From the IMG/VR virus record IMGVR_UViG_3300036660_000031, positions 1 to 64,000 of that record: DNA of 64,000 nucleotides. One strand, given 5' to 3'. This DNA comes from a virus (lineage: Duplodnaviria; Caudoviricetes). The notes beneath the pieces are model-generated. The model did no database searches. It was not told the origin of the DNA and saw only the letters and a list, made by a program, of their open reading frames with translations. Shown piece after piece: positions 8,317-17,532 of this stretch (positions are counted from its first letter, which is position 1; each line of letters starts with the position of its first letter). The translations under genes were made by a program, and so were the position numbers.

Positions 8317-9424
8317 AAAGGAACTGGACAAAACAAAGATCAGTATCTTTCTTGGTTCTACTGCTGCACTGCTTGGCAACATCATGTGCAGCTTTGAAAT
8401 CGTATTTGATAGTCGTCCTAAGACTGCTCAAATCGGTAAGCGAGTCATTCGCTGGAATCCTGATTGGTTTACAGCTTGCACTGCTAAAGGACGTATCTTT
8501 ACTTTGCTCCATGAGTTATGGCACATTGCTCGACTGCACCGTGTTCGTCGTGGAACCAGAACACATAAGCGGTGGAACATTGCTTGTGACTATGTAATCA
8601 ACGAAGGACTTGCTAAAGAAGGTTACGCATGTGGCTCTGATGATTTAGGTGGAATCGACATTTGCCTAGATAAACAGTACTACGGTATGACTGAAGAGCA
8701 AATCTATGAGTTGCTTCCACCTGATGAAGACGAAGAAGGTGATAGTACTAACAGCATGGATGACATGCCTCCTTCAGACGAACCAGATGAAGAACCAAGT
8801 GATGTACCTATTGTGGTACGAGCTATTGAAGCTGCTAACCAAGCAGGTTCTCCCGGTGGTTTACCTATAGAAGTAGTTAAATTCATTGCTGCTTATCTCA
8901 ATCCAGTTGTGCCTTGGCAGAACCTATTGAATAAGTTCTTCAATGATCTAGCTGAAACTCGTCATACGTGGAAACGTCCTAGCAGACGCTACACAACCAT
9001 GTACCTACCTTCTAGGTACAAAGACGAAGGTAAGCTTGCAAAGCTTAACTACTACTTAGACATATCTGGCTCTGTCACACAGAAAGACATTCTCAGATTT
9101 AACTCTGAATTTGATTATGTGAAGCGTACTTATGCTCCTAAAGAAATGGTACAGATACTCTTTAATACTCACATTATTAAAAGAACTGTAATTAAAGACA
9201 GTGATTTATTCACTGACTCAATCATCAGAACAGGTGGTGGTACATCTCTCTACCATGTCCGAGAGGACATTATTGAAAGTAAACCTACTGCTGCCATCAT
9301 CTTCACAGACTTGGAATGCTCGCCAATGGCTACCCTGCCATTCAGCGTACCAATTATCTGGGTAATTGTTGGCAAAGTAAAAAACCCTGTCCCGTTTGGA
9401 GTACCTGTGTACATAGACTTATGA
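8297..9424 (+). CDS. Metallopeptidase-like + VWA-like protein (N4 gp25-like)
   Basis: HELWH (HExxH), WNIACDYVIN, acidic linker, MIDAS-like DISGS, GGGT, FTD. Confidence 0.88.
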   Translation: MNLALLEKELDKTKISIFLGSTAALLGNIMCSFEIVFDSRPKTAQIGKRVIRWNPDWFTACTAKGRIFTLLHELWHIARLHRVRRGTRTHKRWNIACDYVINEGLAKEGYACGSDDLGGIDICLDKQYYGMTEEQIYELLPPDEDEEGDSTNSMDDMPPSDEPDEEPSDVPIVVRAIEAANQAGSPGGLPIEVVKFIAAYLNPVVPWQNLLNKFFNDLAETRHTWKRPSRRYTTMYLPSRYKDEGKLAKLNYYLDISGSVTQKDILRFNSEFDYVKRTYAPKEMVQILFNTHIIKRTVIKDSDLFTDSIIRTGGGTSLYHVREDIIESKPTAAIIFTDLECSPMATLPFSVPIIWVIVGKVKNPVPFGVPVYIDL

Positions 9425-9861
9425 TCCAAATTAGAACAATAAACGATACAGATAAAGAAGCTATTGACGCCTATGTCAATGCTCGTGTTTGGGAACGTGC
9501 AGAAAAAAAGTGGGTAACCACTATTGATTCTGAACTAATTCGTACTGCTTGCAAAAACGAAAACCCAGACATTCATTCCGTCATCATCGAAGAAACTTAC
9601 CTACTCCTATTCAGCATCGTAAAACTATGGTTTTCTAGCGAGCAATTCCTTGAAGAAAAGCTTTTGATTAAACTATTGGATGGGCCGGGTAAGTTCTCTG
9701 ATGTGACTAAAGCATTTGATCAAATGGCCCAAAACCTTCGCATTGACCACATTGTTGTGGGTACTGCGATGGCTCCCAACGACAAAGCATTAGTACGCAT
9801 GTACATGCGTAACGGCTTTGAACAAAGCGCAACCGGACTCTATAAACAAATCGAGACATAA
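9421..9861 (+). CDS. Hypothetical protein, possible GNAT fold
   Basis: ATGA overlap start at 9421; C-terminal ALVRMYMRNGFE resembles GNAT motif B (FYxxxGF). Confidence 0.55.
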   Translation: MIQIRTINDTDKEAIDAYVNARVWERAEKKWVTTIDSELIRTACKNENPDIHSVIIEETYLLLFSIVKLWFSSEQFLEEKLLIKLLDGPGKFSDVTKAFDQMAQNLRIDHIVVGTAMAPNDKALVRMYMRNGFEQSATGLYKQIET

Positions 9862-9863
9862 CC

Positions 9864-10136
9864 ATGTTAGACAAAGACCTTTTAATAGGAATTTCTGCCA
9901 CAAAAATCATTAATAAAACATCTGTTGAATGGAATGCTTCTGTAAAGCAACAAAAAGTTCGCAATACTGGTGGCAAAACCATAACCTTAAACTGTACTTC
10001 CCCCCCTTTAGCTATTAAATCTGAAAAAACCCATGCTGTACTTCCTTGCTCTTTTCACGTTAATCCTCCTATGGCTTGTACTAAAACCTGTACGCTACAA
10101 CCACAATGCCAGTTTCCAAGTGAAAGTGTTGACTAA
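9864..10136 (+). CDS. Hypothetical protein (uncertain)
   Basis: 90-aa ORF overlapping the thyX ORF by about 100 nt. Confidence 0.35.
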   Translation: MLDKDLLIGISATKIINKTSVEWNASVKQQKVRNTGGKTITLNCTSPPLAIKSEKTHAVLPCSFHVNPPMACTKTCTLQPQCQFPSESVD

Positions 10137-11019
10137 CAGTCGAGCAACTACTGGTGTTGAAGCTGTGACTTTCTACTTGAGGTATCCACGATTTATCCAT
10201 GCGGAAATAATGACGCACAAAGACTTCAGCCGTAGTGCTGCAAGTTCTCGTGCTATTCCAGTAAAGAAAGTTCTCTCTCAAGTCTGGAGCAATCCAGCTA
10301 TGCCTACATATTGGGGTGTCAATCGTCCCGGTATGCAGGCTAAAGAAGAACTAACTGGCTGGCGTAAAACCGCTGCAATGAATATCTGGTTGCTTACAGG
10401 CAAGGCTGTATGCGTGTTTGCTTATCTGTTGGTTCAATTGAACCTACATAAGCAACTCGCTAACCGTATCCTAGAACCGTGGCAACTTATGCACGTTACT
10501 TTGACAACGGCAAAACTGGCTAATTTCTGGAACCTACGTATTCACCCAGATGCACAACCTGAAATTTGTTATTTAGCTACGTTAATGAAAAGCACCTTGG
10601 ATGAAACTCCTGCAACTATTTTAAAAGAAGGTGAATGGCATCTGCCTTGGATTGATCTTAAAGATATTAAACCTGCACATATTGCTGCTACCAAGTACAA
10701 AATGCCATACATAGAAGTATTGGTTCGTATCTCTGCTGCTCGTTGTGCTCGGTCTAGTTACGCTACCTTTGGTGGTAGTCGTGACATTACAAAAGACTTA
10801 GACCTGTACGACAAGTTAATCACTACAAAGCCTGTACATGCTTCCCCTGCTGAACATCAAGTAACTCCTGATAGTCAGCACAGTATGTACTACCACTTTG
10901 GTGAAAGTACAGACGCTATCCACAGCAAAAAAGTATGGCGCTTCCCAGAACTGCATGGCAACATGACAGGCTGGATTCAACATCGACGCCAAATACCAGA
11001 ACACTACTTTGAAGGTTGA
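10033..11019 (+). CDS. thyX: FAD-dependent thymidylate synthase (phage ThyX/Thy1 type)
   Basis: YPRFIHAEIMTHKDFSRSAASSRAIP, HKQLANRILEP, HPDAQPEI, SAARCARSSY, HASPAEH. Confidence 0.85.
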   Translation: MLYFLALFTLILLWLVLKPVRYNHNASFQVKVLTNSRATTGVEAVTFYLRYPRFIHAEIMTHKDFSRSAASSRAIPVKKVLSQVWSNPAMPTYWGVNRPGMQAKEELTGWRKTAAMNIWLLTGKAVCVFAYLLVQLNLHKQLANRILEPWQLMHVTLTTAKLANFWNLRIHPDAQPEICYLATLMKSTLDETPATILKEGEWHLPWIDLKDIKPAHIAATKYKMPYIEVLVRISAARCARSSYATFGGSRDITKDLDLYDKLITTKPVHASPAEHQVTPDSQHSMYYHFGESTDAIHSKKVWRFPELHGNMTGWIQHRRQIPEHYFEG

Positions 11020-11052
11020 CCCTTCTATCCTTGTTTTGGTTCGTTAGCTCTC

Positions 11053-11077
11053 AAGCCCCTACTTAGGGGCTTTTTTT
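11053..11077 (+). terminator. Intrinsic terminator
   Basis: AAGCCCCT-ACTT-AGGGGCTT followed by T run. Confidence 0.85.
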
Positions 11078-11097
11078 AACCCTCAAGGAGAATTCTC

Positions 11098-13473
11098 ATG
11101 GAAGTAAACCACACAGCCGATCACGTAACTCATGCAGTTGTCGGCGGTTCAGCCCCCATTCATATGGGTATCAGCGACAGTGCAGAATTCTTTCAGATTC
11201 TTTCCAGTACGCTTTATTCTGACCAAAAATTGGCCGTTGCTCGTGAGACTCTTTGCAATGCTTGGGATGCCCACGTCGAAGCAGGATGCACTGATACTCC
11301 TATACGTATCACCATAGCTTCAGACAAAATTACAATCCGTGATTACGGTAAAGGTATCCACCGTGATCAAATTGGCCCTATCTATGGTGTTTACGGCAAT
11401 AGCACCAAGAAAAATGATGGCCTACAAACTGGTGGCTTCGGTCTTGGTTGCAAAGCTCCTTTCGCATACACAGACCATTTCCAAGTGTCTTCAGCACATG
11501 AAGGAACCAAAACAATCTATAGCATGAGCAAATCTTCTGCTCAGGTAGGTGGCAAGCCAGCAATCATCCCTATTACATCCTTTCCCACCACTGAAACTGG
11601 TTTGGAAGTCTCTATCAATATGCGGGGTGGTGACCACATTGCTTTCCGTGCTTTGATGGAAACTGTTATTGCCAATGGTGAAATGAAAGCTTTGATCAAC
11701 GAAGTTGAATGCAAAACTATTCCATTTAGTACAGCCAAACATGGTTTTGCAATCCTAAATAAAAACCCATTACCTGATGGAAAATTCAACACAAGCTTGA
11801 GCATTTGTGTGCGTTATGGCAATGTAATTTACCCATTAGCAGATCAAAAAGGCGTCATTGGCTTTATGAAAGCCTGTGAAATAATGGAACGATTACCTAA
11901 AAAGAATACTTATGGCGGTACTCCAGTTGCTTGCTTAATATTGTTGGCTCCACCACACAGCATCAGTGTCACTCCAAGTCGTGAATCTCTGTCTATGCAG
12001 GAACACACTATCAATACCGTAAATGGTTTGATTAATAACTTCCTTGAGTACGCCAAGCAAAAGACTAATAGCCTAAACAACATTTTGTTATCTGAAATGG
12101 TGGAAAAAGCTGAAAACTTTGAACTATTAGATATGGACTTGCCTTTAGGCAAAAACGTATTTAATCGTATTTCTTGGTTTGAAACTGACTACATGATTAC
12201 TGATATTAATCAGATGAAACGTGCATTCTTCTCACAAAGAATGGAACCAAACTTACGTAAAAAGGACTACCTTAATCGAATAAACAAGGCAAAGAGTATC
12301 GACTTGCTTGCTTATGGCAAAGCACATTCTCTATATCGCTTTGTCCAACGTAATAAGTTGGGTAGATATGACGAGAAAGACAATTGGGTTGGTAAACACA
12401 TCGTGCGGCCTGTAATGCGAAGGATGATTAAGAATTCTGATCTAAACATCAACCGATTGTTTTTTGTTGGTATTGGTGAATGCAAACAAGCAACTGCTAA
12501 CTTTGAAGCACCTGTAAATGTTATACCTCGTTATGCTCGCCCTAATGTAGTGATTCACTATGTTCGTAAAGACGTAACACAGCGTATTGCAAAAGAAGGG
12601 ACTCTCATAGGAGATGGTATTTTAGGCACTTTGCTTTATCACGTACCCCGTGTAGGAGCCAAAGTAAAAGCTGCTGTCGAATTCTTTGAAAAGTATGGCT
12701 ACAACGTAATTGATCTTACCAAACCATTACCCGGTGAAAGCATTGAAGCTGTTGGCCCTGCTGAACGTGTCAAATCAAACACTGTAAGACAACTAGGACT
12801 TATTGCACTAAGCGAAGGTATTGGACGTAGTGGTTTCCATGCCAATAGTTTGTATGAAGCCAGTGCTAAACGAGTAATGAAGCCTACTTGCGTGTTCTTA
12901 TGTAGTGATACAGACGGACAAAAAGGTATGAACAGACTTGATGGCATAGGCGACATGTCTGATGTTGTGGCTGAAATGTATGGCTCGATTTCTGGAGTAG
13001 CTAAAACTCTTGATCAGTACACACGTTATAAAGAGAAAGGAATTGAAGATGGCGTAGAGTACGTAATCAAAGATGTTGTCAACTACATAACAAATTCTGA
13101 TGTGATTCTTAATCACATAACGGCACATCAAACATTGAGTAGCAGAAGCCTCTACAACGATGTGTACAGCATACTTTTGAGAAACGAAAAAGTAGCTAAT
13201 CATTTCAAACTGCCATTCATTACTGACCCACAGGACAAAAAGTATTTGGCTCTCTGGAACCATATACTGAAGAACTGTCGGTGGAAACTGGACGGTGTTG
13301 TTTCAGACACAGAGAAAGATATTGATTCACTTCCAGAGCATCAAGCCACATTAGACATTTGTACCAAGATTAAAAACTCTAAGTTTTTAGCTTGTATAAA
13401 TCCATATTTCACATCAGAGATCAAAAGCAATCCCGCTTTTCTGATTGAGTTTATCAACTTCCTAATCAAGTAA
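11098..13473 (+). CDS. rIIA: rIIA-like protein
   Basis: GHKL-type N-terminus RETLCNAWDAH, IRDYGKGI, STK, GGFGLGCKAPFAYT; paired with rIIB as in N4. Confidence 0.88.
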   Translation: MEVNHTADHVTHAVVGGSAPIHMGISDSAEFFQILSSTLYSDQKLAVARETLCNAWDAHVEAGCTDTPIRITIASDKITIRDYGKGIHRDQIGPIYGVYGNSTKKNDGLQTGGFGLGCKAPFAYTDHFQVSSAHEGTKTIYSMSKSSAQVGGKPAIIPITSFPTTETGLEVSINMRGGDHIAFRALMETVIANGEMKALINEVECKTIPFSTAKHGFAILNKNPLPDGKFNTSLSICVRYGNVIYPLADQKGVIGFMKACEIMERLPKKNTYGGTPVACLILLAPPHSISVTPSRESLSMQEHTINTVNGLINNFLEYAKQKTNSLNNILLSEMVEKAENFELLDMDLPLGKNVFNRISWFETDYMITDINQMKRAFFSQRMEPNLRKKDYLNRINKAKSIDLLAYGKAHSLYRFVQRNKLGRYDEKDNWVGKHIVRPVMRRMIKNSDLNINRLFFVGIGECKQATANFEAPVNVIPRYARPNVVIHYVRKDVTQRIAKEGTLIGDGILGTLLYHVPRVGAKVKAAVEFFEKYGYNVIDLTKPLPGESIEAVGPAERVKSNTVRQLGLIALSEGIGRSGFHANSLYEASAKRVMKPTCVFLCSDTDGQKGMNRLDGIGDMSDVVAEMYGSISGVAKTLDQYTRYKEKGIEDGVEYVIKDVVNYITNSDVILNHITAHQTLSSRSLYNDVYSILLRNEKVANHFKLPFITDPQDKKYLALWNHILKNCRWKLDGVVSDTEKDIDSLPEHQATLDICTKIKNSKFLACINPYFTSEIKSNPAFLIEFINFLIK

Positions 13474-13478
13474 AAAAC

Positions 13479-14939
13479 ATGACCAATATCATCAAAGTGA
13501 TAGGCGTAGTAGTCGATACGCAACAAGCTACTTTCTACAAAGAAAATGGCGAAACAGTTGTCATCCTTCAAGGTGACACAAGGTTAGCAAACCTTATCCG
13601 TACAGTAACTCCCATTCTTGCTAATGGCAATGGGGCGGTTGCTGAGATTGATCTGGATGCCTATCCAGAAAATTTAGATAACCCCTTCAATACCTACGAA
13701 GAACGTAGCAGTGGTCTAGTAAAGTTCTTCCGTATTGCTAAGAGCAAGCTTGCTGCGTTCTTTAGCAACAAAGAAGAACAAAACCAACCCATCGAAGAAA
13801 TGTCTTTAGGCGTAAGCAGCACAACACCAATAATGTCAGCAATGGAAGACATTATGGCTCACGCTGTACCAGTGAAGAACGGTATCAACCGTACTGCTCT
13901 GGAAGCAACAGAAGAATCAGTAGCTGAAACTATCATTGCCGTTGTCGGTGAAAACATCATTCCTGATGCTCACAAACTGGAACAACAGTTCAAACGATCC
14001 AATGAACAAACGCACACCGTAGGTATGCAGAAGTTCATGGAACGTATTGCTGTTGTAGCAGGCAAGCGTAGTCATTCAGTACAAGACTTAATGCGTTTCA
14101 TGGAACGTGGTGATCTGCCTGTAGCTGAAGATGGAAGCATCGTCATCTACAAGATACTTAAAAAACGTTCCAAAAGTGCTCATCCGGGCTTTACTTATGT
14201 GGATTGCCACAGCGGTAATGTTCCTCAACGTGTTGGCTCCTACGTTCACATGGATGAATCATTGGTTGATCCTAATCGTCGCAATGAATGCTCCAATGGT
14301 TTGCATGTCGCAAGACGTGGTTACTTAGCTGGCTTCAGTGGCGATGTAGTGACAATCTGCAAGGTTCGCCCTGAAGACGTGATTGCTGTGCCTGACTACG
14401 ATGCAAACAAAATGCGTGTCTGTGGTTACCACATCGTTTCTGAACTACCAAGTGAGGACTTCGATCATCTTCGTTGCAACAATCCTATCAAGACTGAAGC
14501 AGGTAAAAAGCTTTTGGCTCAAGCTTTGTCAGGCAACCATCCACCACCTGATAGTGATGTGCTTATCACACAACAAACAGGTGGTGGCATTGTTATCTCC
14601 AATCCAGTGCAAGACGTTAATGTCGATGCAGTAGCTGTGGTGATGGTTGTAAAAGAAATCGAAGCTACGATCTTGGATACAAATCCTGAAGCTAATGTCT
14701 GTGTTGAATTAGTCGATGTAAGAAACTTGTCTGATGAAGTCACAGAAACTGTGGCTACTGGAAAGACTCGTGCTGAACTTGCAAAAGACCTGTTCAAGAT
14801 TTGGAAAGCTGCTCCAAAAGGAACTAAACAACCTTCTGCTCTCGCTTTGAAAACATTCAAGCGTAGTAAAAAGATTGGATGGGATCGTTTAGGTATCTCT
14901 GAGAAAGATGGCAAAGCCATTGAAAAAGACGCAGGCTGA
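13479..14939 (+). CDS. rIIB: rIIB-like protein
   Basis: DLPVAEDGSIVIYK, VDPNRRNECSNGLHV, VRPEDVIAVP..D..KMRVCGY. Confidence 0.88.
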   Translation: MTNIIKVIGVVVDTQQATFYKENGETVVILQGDTRLANLIRTVTPILANGNGAVAEIDLDAYPENLDNPFNTYEERSSGLVKFFRIAKSKLAAFFSNKEEQNQPIEEMSLGVSSTTPIMSAMEDIMAHAVPVKNGINRTALEATEESVAETIIAVVGENIIPDAHKLEQQFKRSNEQTHTVGMQKFMERIAVVAGKRSHSVQDLMRFMERGDLPVAEDGSIVIYKILKKRSKSAHPGFTYVDCHSGNVPQRVGSYVHMDESLVDPNRRNECSNGLHVARRGYLAGFSGDVVTICKVRPEDVIAVPDYDANKMRVCGYHIVSELPSEDFDHLRCNNPIKTEAGKKLLAQALSGNHPPPDSDVLITQQTGGGIVISNPVQDVNVDAVAVVMVVKEIEATILDTNPEANVCVELVDVRNLSDEVTETVATGKTRAELAKDLFKIWKAAPKGTKQPSALALKTFKRSKKIGWDRLGISEKDGKAIEKDAG

Positions 14940-14990
14940 TAGATTTCCAAGGTGAAGATACACTAGAGGTATCTTTATCTTGGAGCTATC

Positions 14991-15323
14991 ATGCCCCGTA
15001 CTCGTCGAACCAAAAAGACAATTCCAGACTCCGATCTTATTCGGTTAAACAGTCTGGGATTCTCTCTCCAAACTATCGGCTCTACATTGGGCTGTCATCC
15101 AACCACTGTAACGCTACGTCTAAAAGACATAGGTGTATCGCCTGCCGATACTCGTCGCACGTTCATGGAAGATGTGCTTATGAAGATGCCAATAGCTCAA
15201 CTCGAATGGGTTGAGAACCAACTTGGCCCCCACTACTCTATCAAGGACTTTGTGAGGAACCTCATAACTAACGCATATCTGGAATACAAAAATGAAAGTC
15301 AATTTTCTGAAACTGGTTCGTAA
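14991..15323 (+). CDS. HTH DNA-binding protein
   Basis: GFSLQTIGSTLGCHPTTVTLRLKDIG helix-turn-helix. Confidence 0.75.
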   Translation: MPRTRRTKKTIPDSDLIRLNSLGFSLQTIGSTLGCHPTTVTLRLKDIGVSPADTRRTFMEDVLMKMPIAQLEWVENQLGPHYSIKDFVRNLITNAYLEYKNESQFSETGS

Positions 15324-15708
15324 AGCCATGACCCCAACTTACGGCACACCCGGTGCTGCTGCCTTTGACATTTACGCTTCTAAATCAACTATCGGAACTG
15401 AGAAAGTTATCGTAGAAACTGGAATTTCTATTGAAATCCCTCCCGGCTACGAAATGCAGATTCGTCCTCGCAGTGGACTTGCTTTTAAAAACCGTGTTCA
15501 CGCCTTTGCAGGAACAATTGATAGTGACTATCGTGGCGAAATCAAAATACTGCTCATGGGTGAATCTACTGGACAAGTAATCAATGTCTTTCATGGTGAT
15601 CGTATTGCACAAGGCATTATCAGACCAGTTGAACAAGTAGAGTTTGTTCAGGTCGATGAACTTTCCGACACACAACGTGGTACTGGCGGCTTCGGCAGCA
15701 CAGGCTAA
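15292..15708 (+). CDS. dut: Trimeric dUTPase
   Basis: Five motifs: AAFD, RPRSG, GTIDSDYRGE, RIAQ, RGTGGFGSTG. Confidence 0.95.
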   Translation: MKVNFLKLVRKAMTPTYGTPGAAAFDIYASKSTIGTEKVIVETGISIEIPPGYEMQIRPRSGLAFKNRVHAFAGTIDSDYRGEIKILLMGESTGQVINVFHGDRIAQGIIRPVEQVEFVQVDELSDTQRGTGGFGSTG

Positions 15709-15729
15709 ATCTCAAACCCATCTACTACT

Positions 15730-15754
15730 GCCCCTCCTTGGAGGGGCTTCTTTC
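15730..15754 (+). terminator. Probable intrinsic terminator
   Basis: GCCCCTC-CTTG-GAGGGGC then TTCTTTC. Confidence 0.6.
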
Positions 15755-15757
15755 GTT

Positions 15758-17062
15758 ATGACTACAGAAACAAAACCAATCAAGCCCCTCAATAAAGGTC
15801 AACAAGCAGCAGCAGATGGCTTCTTTGCTTTTCTATTTACAGAAGAGAAAGAACTAATCCTATCTGGTCCCGGTGGATACGGTAAAACGTACTTGCTAGG
15901 CCATTTGATTGACGAAATCATGCCTAAGTACTTCAAGTCATGTGACTTGATGGGCATCAAACCAGAATTTGATTCTGTGCATATGACTGCTACCACTAAC
16001 AAGGCTGCTGAAGTCTTGGGTGAAGCAACTGGAAGACCAGCTTCCACCATTCATTCGTTCCTTGGACTTCGTGTTCAAGAAGACTATAAAACGGGCAGAA
16101 CCAACCTAATTAAGATCAAAGACAAGTGGATAGTCCATCAGCGTGAAATCATTTTCATTGATGAGTGCTCAATGATTGATAAAGACTTACGCCGAATCAT
16201 CTTGGAAGGTACGCTTAAAAGCAAGATCGTCTATGTGGGTGATCACTATCAGCTACCCCCTGTGTTTGAAGACCTGTCTCCAATCTACAAAGACAAGCTT
16301 CCATTCTTTGAACTAACTCAACCTATGAGAACAGACGTGCCTGAGATTCAGGCTGTATGTGATCAGCTTCGTGAGACTGTCCGTACTGGAATCTTTCAGC
16401 CTATCAAGGCTACTCCCGGTGTAGTTGATTGGCTCGATACAGATGAAGTTATGGCTCTGGTAGACCAGAAGTTTGTTCAAGAAGAAGTTAATGGTCGTGT
16501 GCTTGCTTATAGCAATAACCAAGTCAATGCCCTCAACCAGCATATACGTGCTCAACGTGGCTTGCCTGAAGACTTCCAAGTCGGTGACAAGCTGATAAGC
16601 AACAGTGCTCTGCAATTGTCTACTGGCAATGTTTCTGTAGAAGAACCAATAACCATAATCGCCATCTCTAAAGATGTTGAAACTATGAAAGTAGGTGGTG
16701 CTGAATTCGATGTACGGTACATGGACTTTGAAACTCCATTTAATACATTTACACAAGTACCTGTGCCTGTAGACAGGACACACTTTACATCTCTCATGAA
16801 ATACTTCGCCAGCCAGAAAAGCTGGATGGATTACTATGAGTTGAAAAACAAGTATCCTGATTTACGTCCTAGAGATGCCTGCACTGTGCATAAGGCACAA
16901 GGTTCTACTTACGACATTGTGTTCATTGACTTAGACAATCTGTCTACCTGTACTCAACCCAAACTAGTTGCTCGACTGCTTTATGTGGCGTTCTCACGTC
17001 CAAGAAGCAGGATTGTGATGTATGGTCAGCTAGCTCAACGATATGGAGGTGTCTACGAATGA
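15758..17062 (+). CDS. SF1 RecD/Dda-like DNA helicase (N4 gp37-like)
   Basis: GPGGYGKT, TIHSFL, IDECSM, VGDHYQLPPV, TVHKAQGST, LLYVAFSR; start placed at MTTETK. Confidence 0.93.
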   Translation: MTTETKPIKPLNKGQQAAADGFFAFLFTEEKELILSGPGGYGKTYLLGHLIDEIMPKYFKSCDLMGIKPEFDSVHMTATTNKAAEVLGEATGRPASTIHSFLGLRVQEDYKTGRTNLIKIKDKWIVHQREIIFIDECSMIDKDLRRIILEGTLKSKIVYVGDHYQLPPVFEDLSPIYKDKLPFFELTQPMRTDVPEIQAVCDQLRETVRTGIFQPIKATPGVVDWLDTDEVMALVDQKFVQEEVNGRVLAYSNNQVNALNQHIRAQRGLPEDFQVGDKLISNSALQLSTGNVSVEEPITIIAISKDVETMKVGGAEFDVRYMDFETPFNTFTQVPVPVDRTHFTSLMKYFASQKSWMDYYELKNKYPDLRPRDACTVHKAQGSTYDIVFIDLDNLSTCTQPKLVARLLYVAFSRPRSRIVMYGQLAQRYGGVYE

Positions 17063-17532
17063 ATACGTTCGACCTTGGAATAGAGGTGAAAGAAACTCTA
17101 TTGGAGCCAGAACACAAAGCATTTCAACGCAATGTGGAAAGCTTAGTAATACGAAACACTGATGATCCTTCAGTGTTGGCCTTTATGTATAACGGAGTTG
17201 TTTTCAACGCTGCTACTGCTAAAAGACCTATTCGTAATGCAATTTCTCTTTCGTTGCATCTAACAGATGAAATGAAAGATAACGTGCATATGCTAAAGCT
17301 GGCAACACGAGATGCTCAAACAGTATGGCAAGCATTGCTTCCACTTGTAGAAGCGCACGGCCCTCAAAATGGATTACCTGAGAATTTGAAAGCTATCTTG
17401 CGATCAAAGTTCTCTCCCCGAACTACTCCTTTTGAGGAAATCATAAAAGACACTACTGAGTTATTCCTTAAAAATTGGATGGATGCTTCCAATCAATTGG
17501 CTTACCTCATTTCACTAAGAATAGTAATTTAA
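17059..17532 (+). CDS. Conserved hypothetical protein (N4 gp38 position)
   Basis: 157 aa between helicase and polymerase, overlapping both by stop/start. Confidence 0.7.
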   Translation: MNTFDLGIEVKETLLEPEHKAFQRNVESLVIRNTDDPSVLAFMYNGVVFNAATAKRPIRNAISLSLHLTDEMKDNVHMLKLATRDAQTVWQALLPLVEAHGPQNGLPENLKAILRSKFSPRTTPFEEIIKDTTELFLKNWMDASNQLAYLISLRIVI

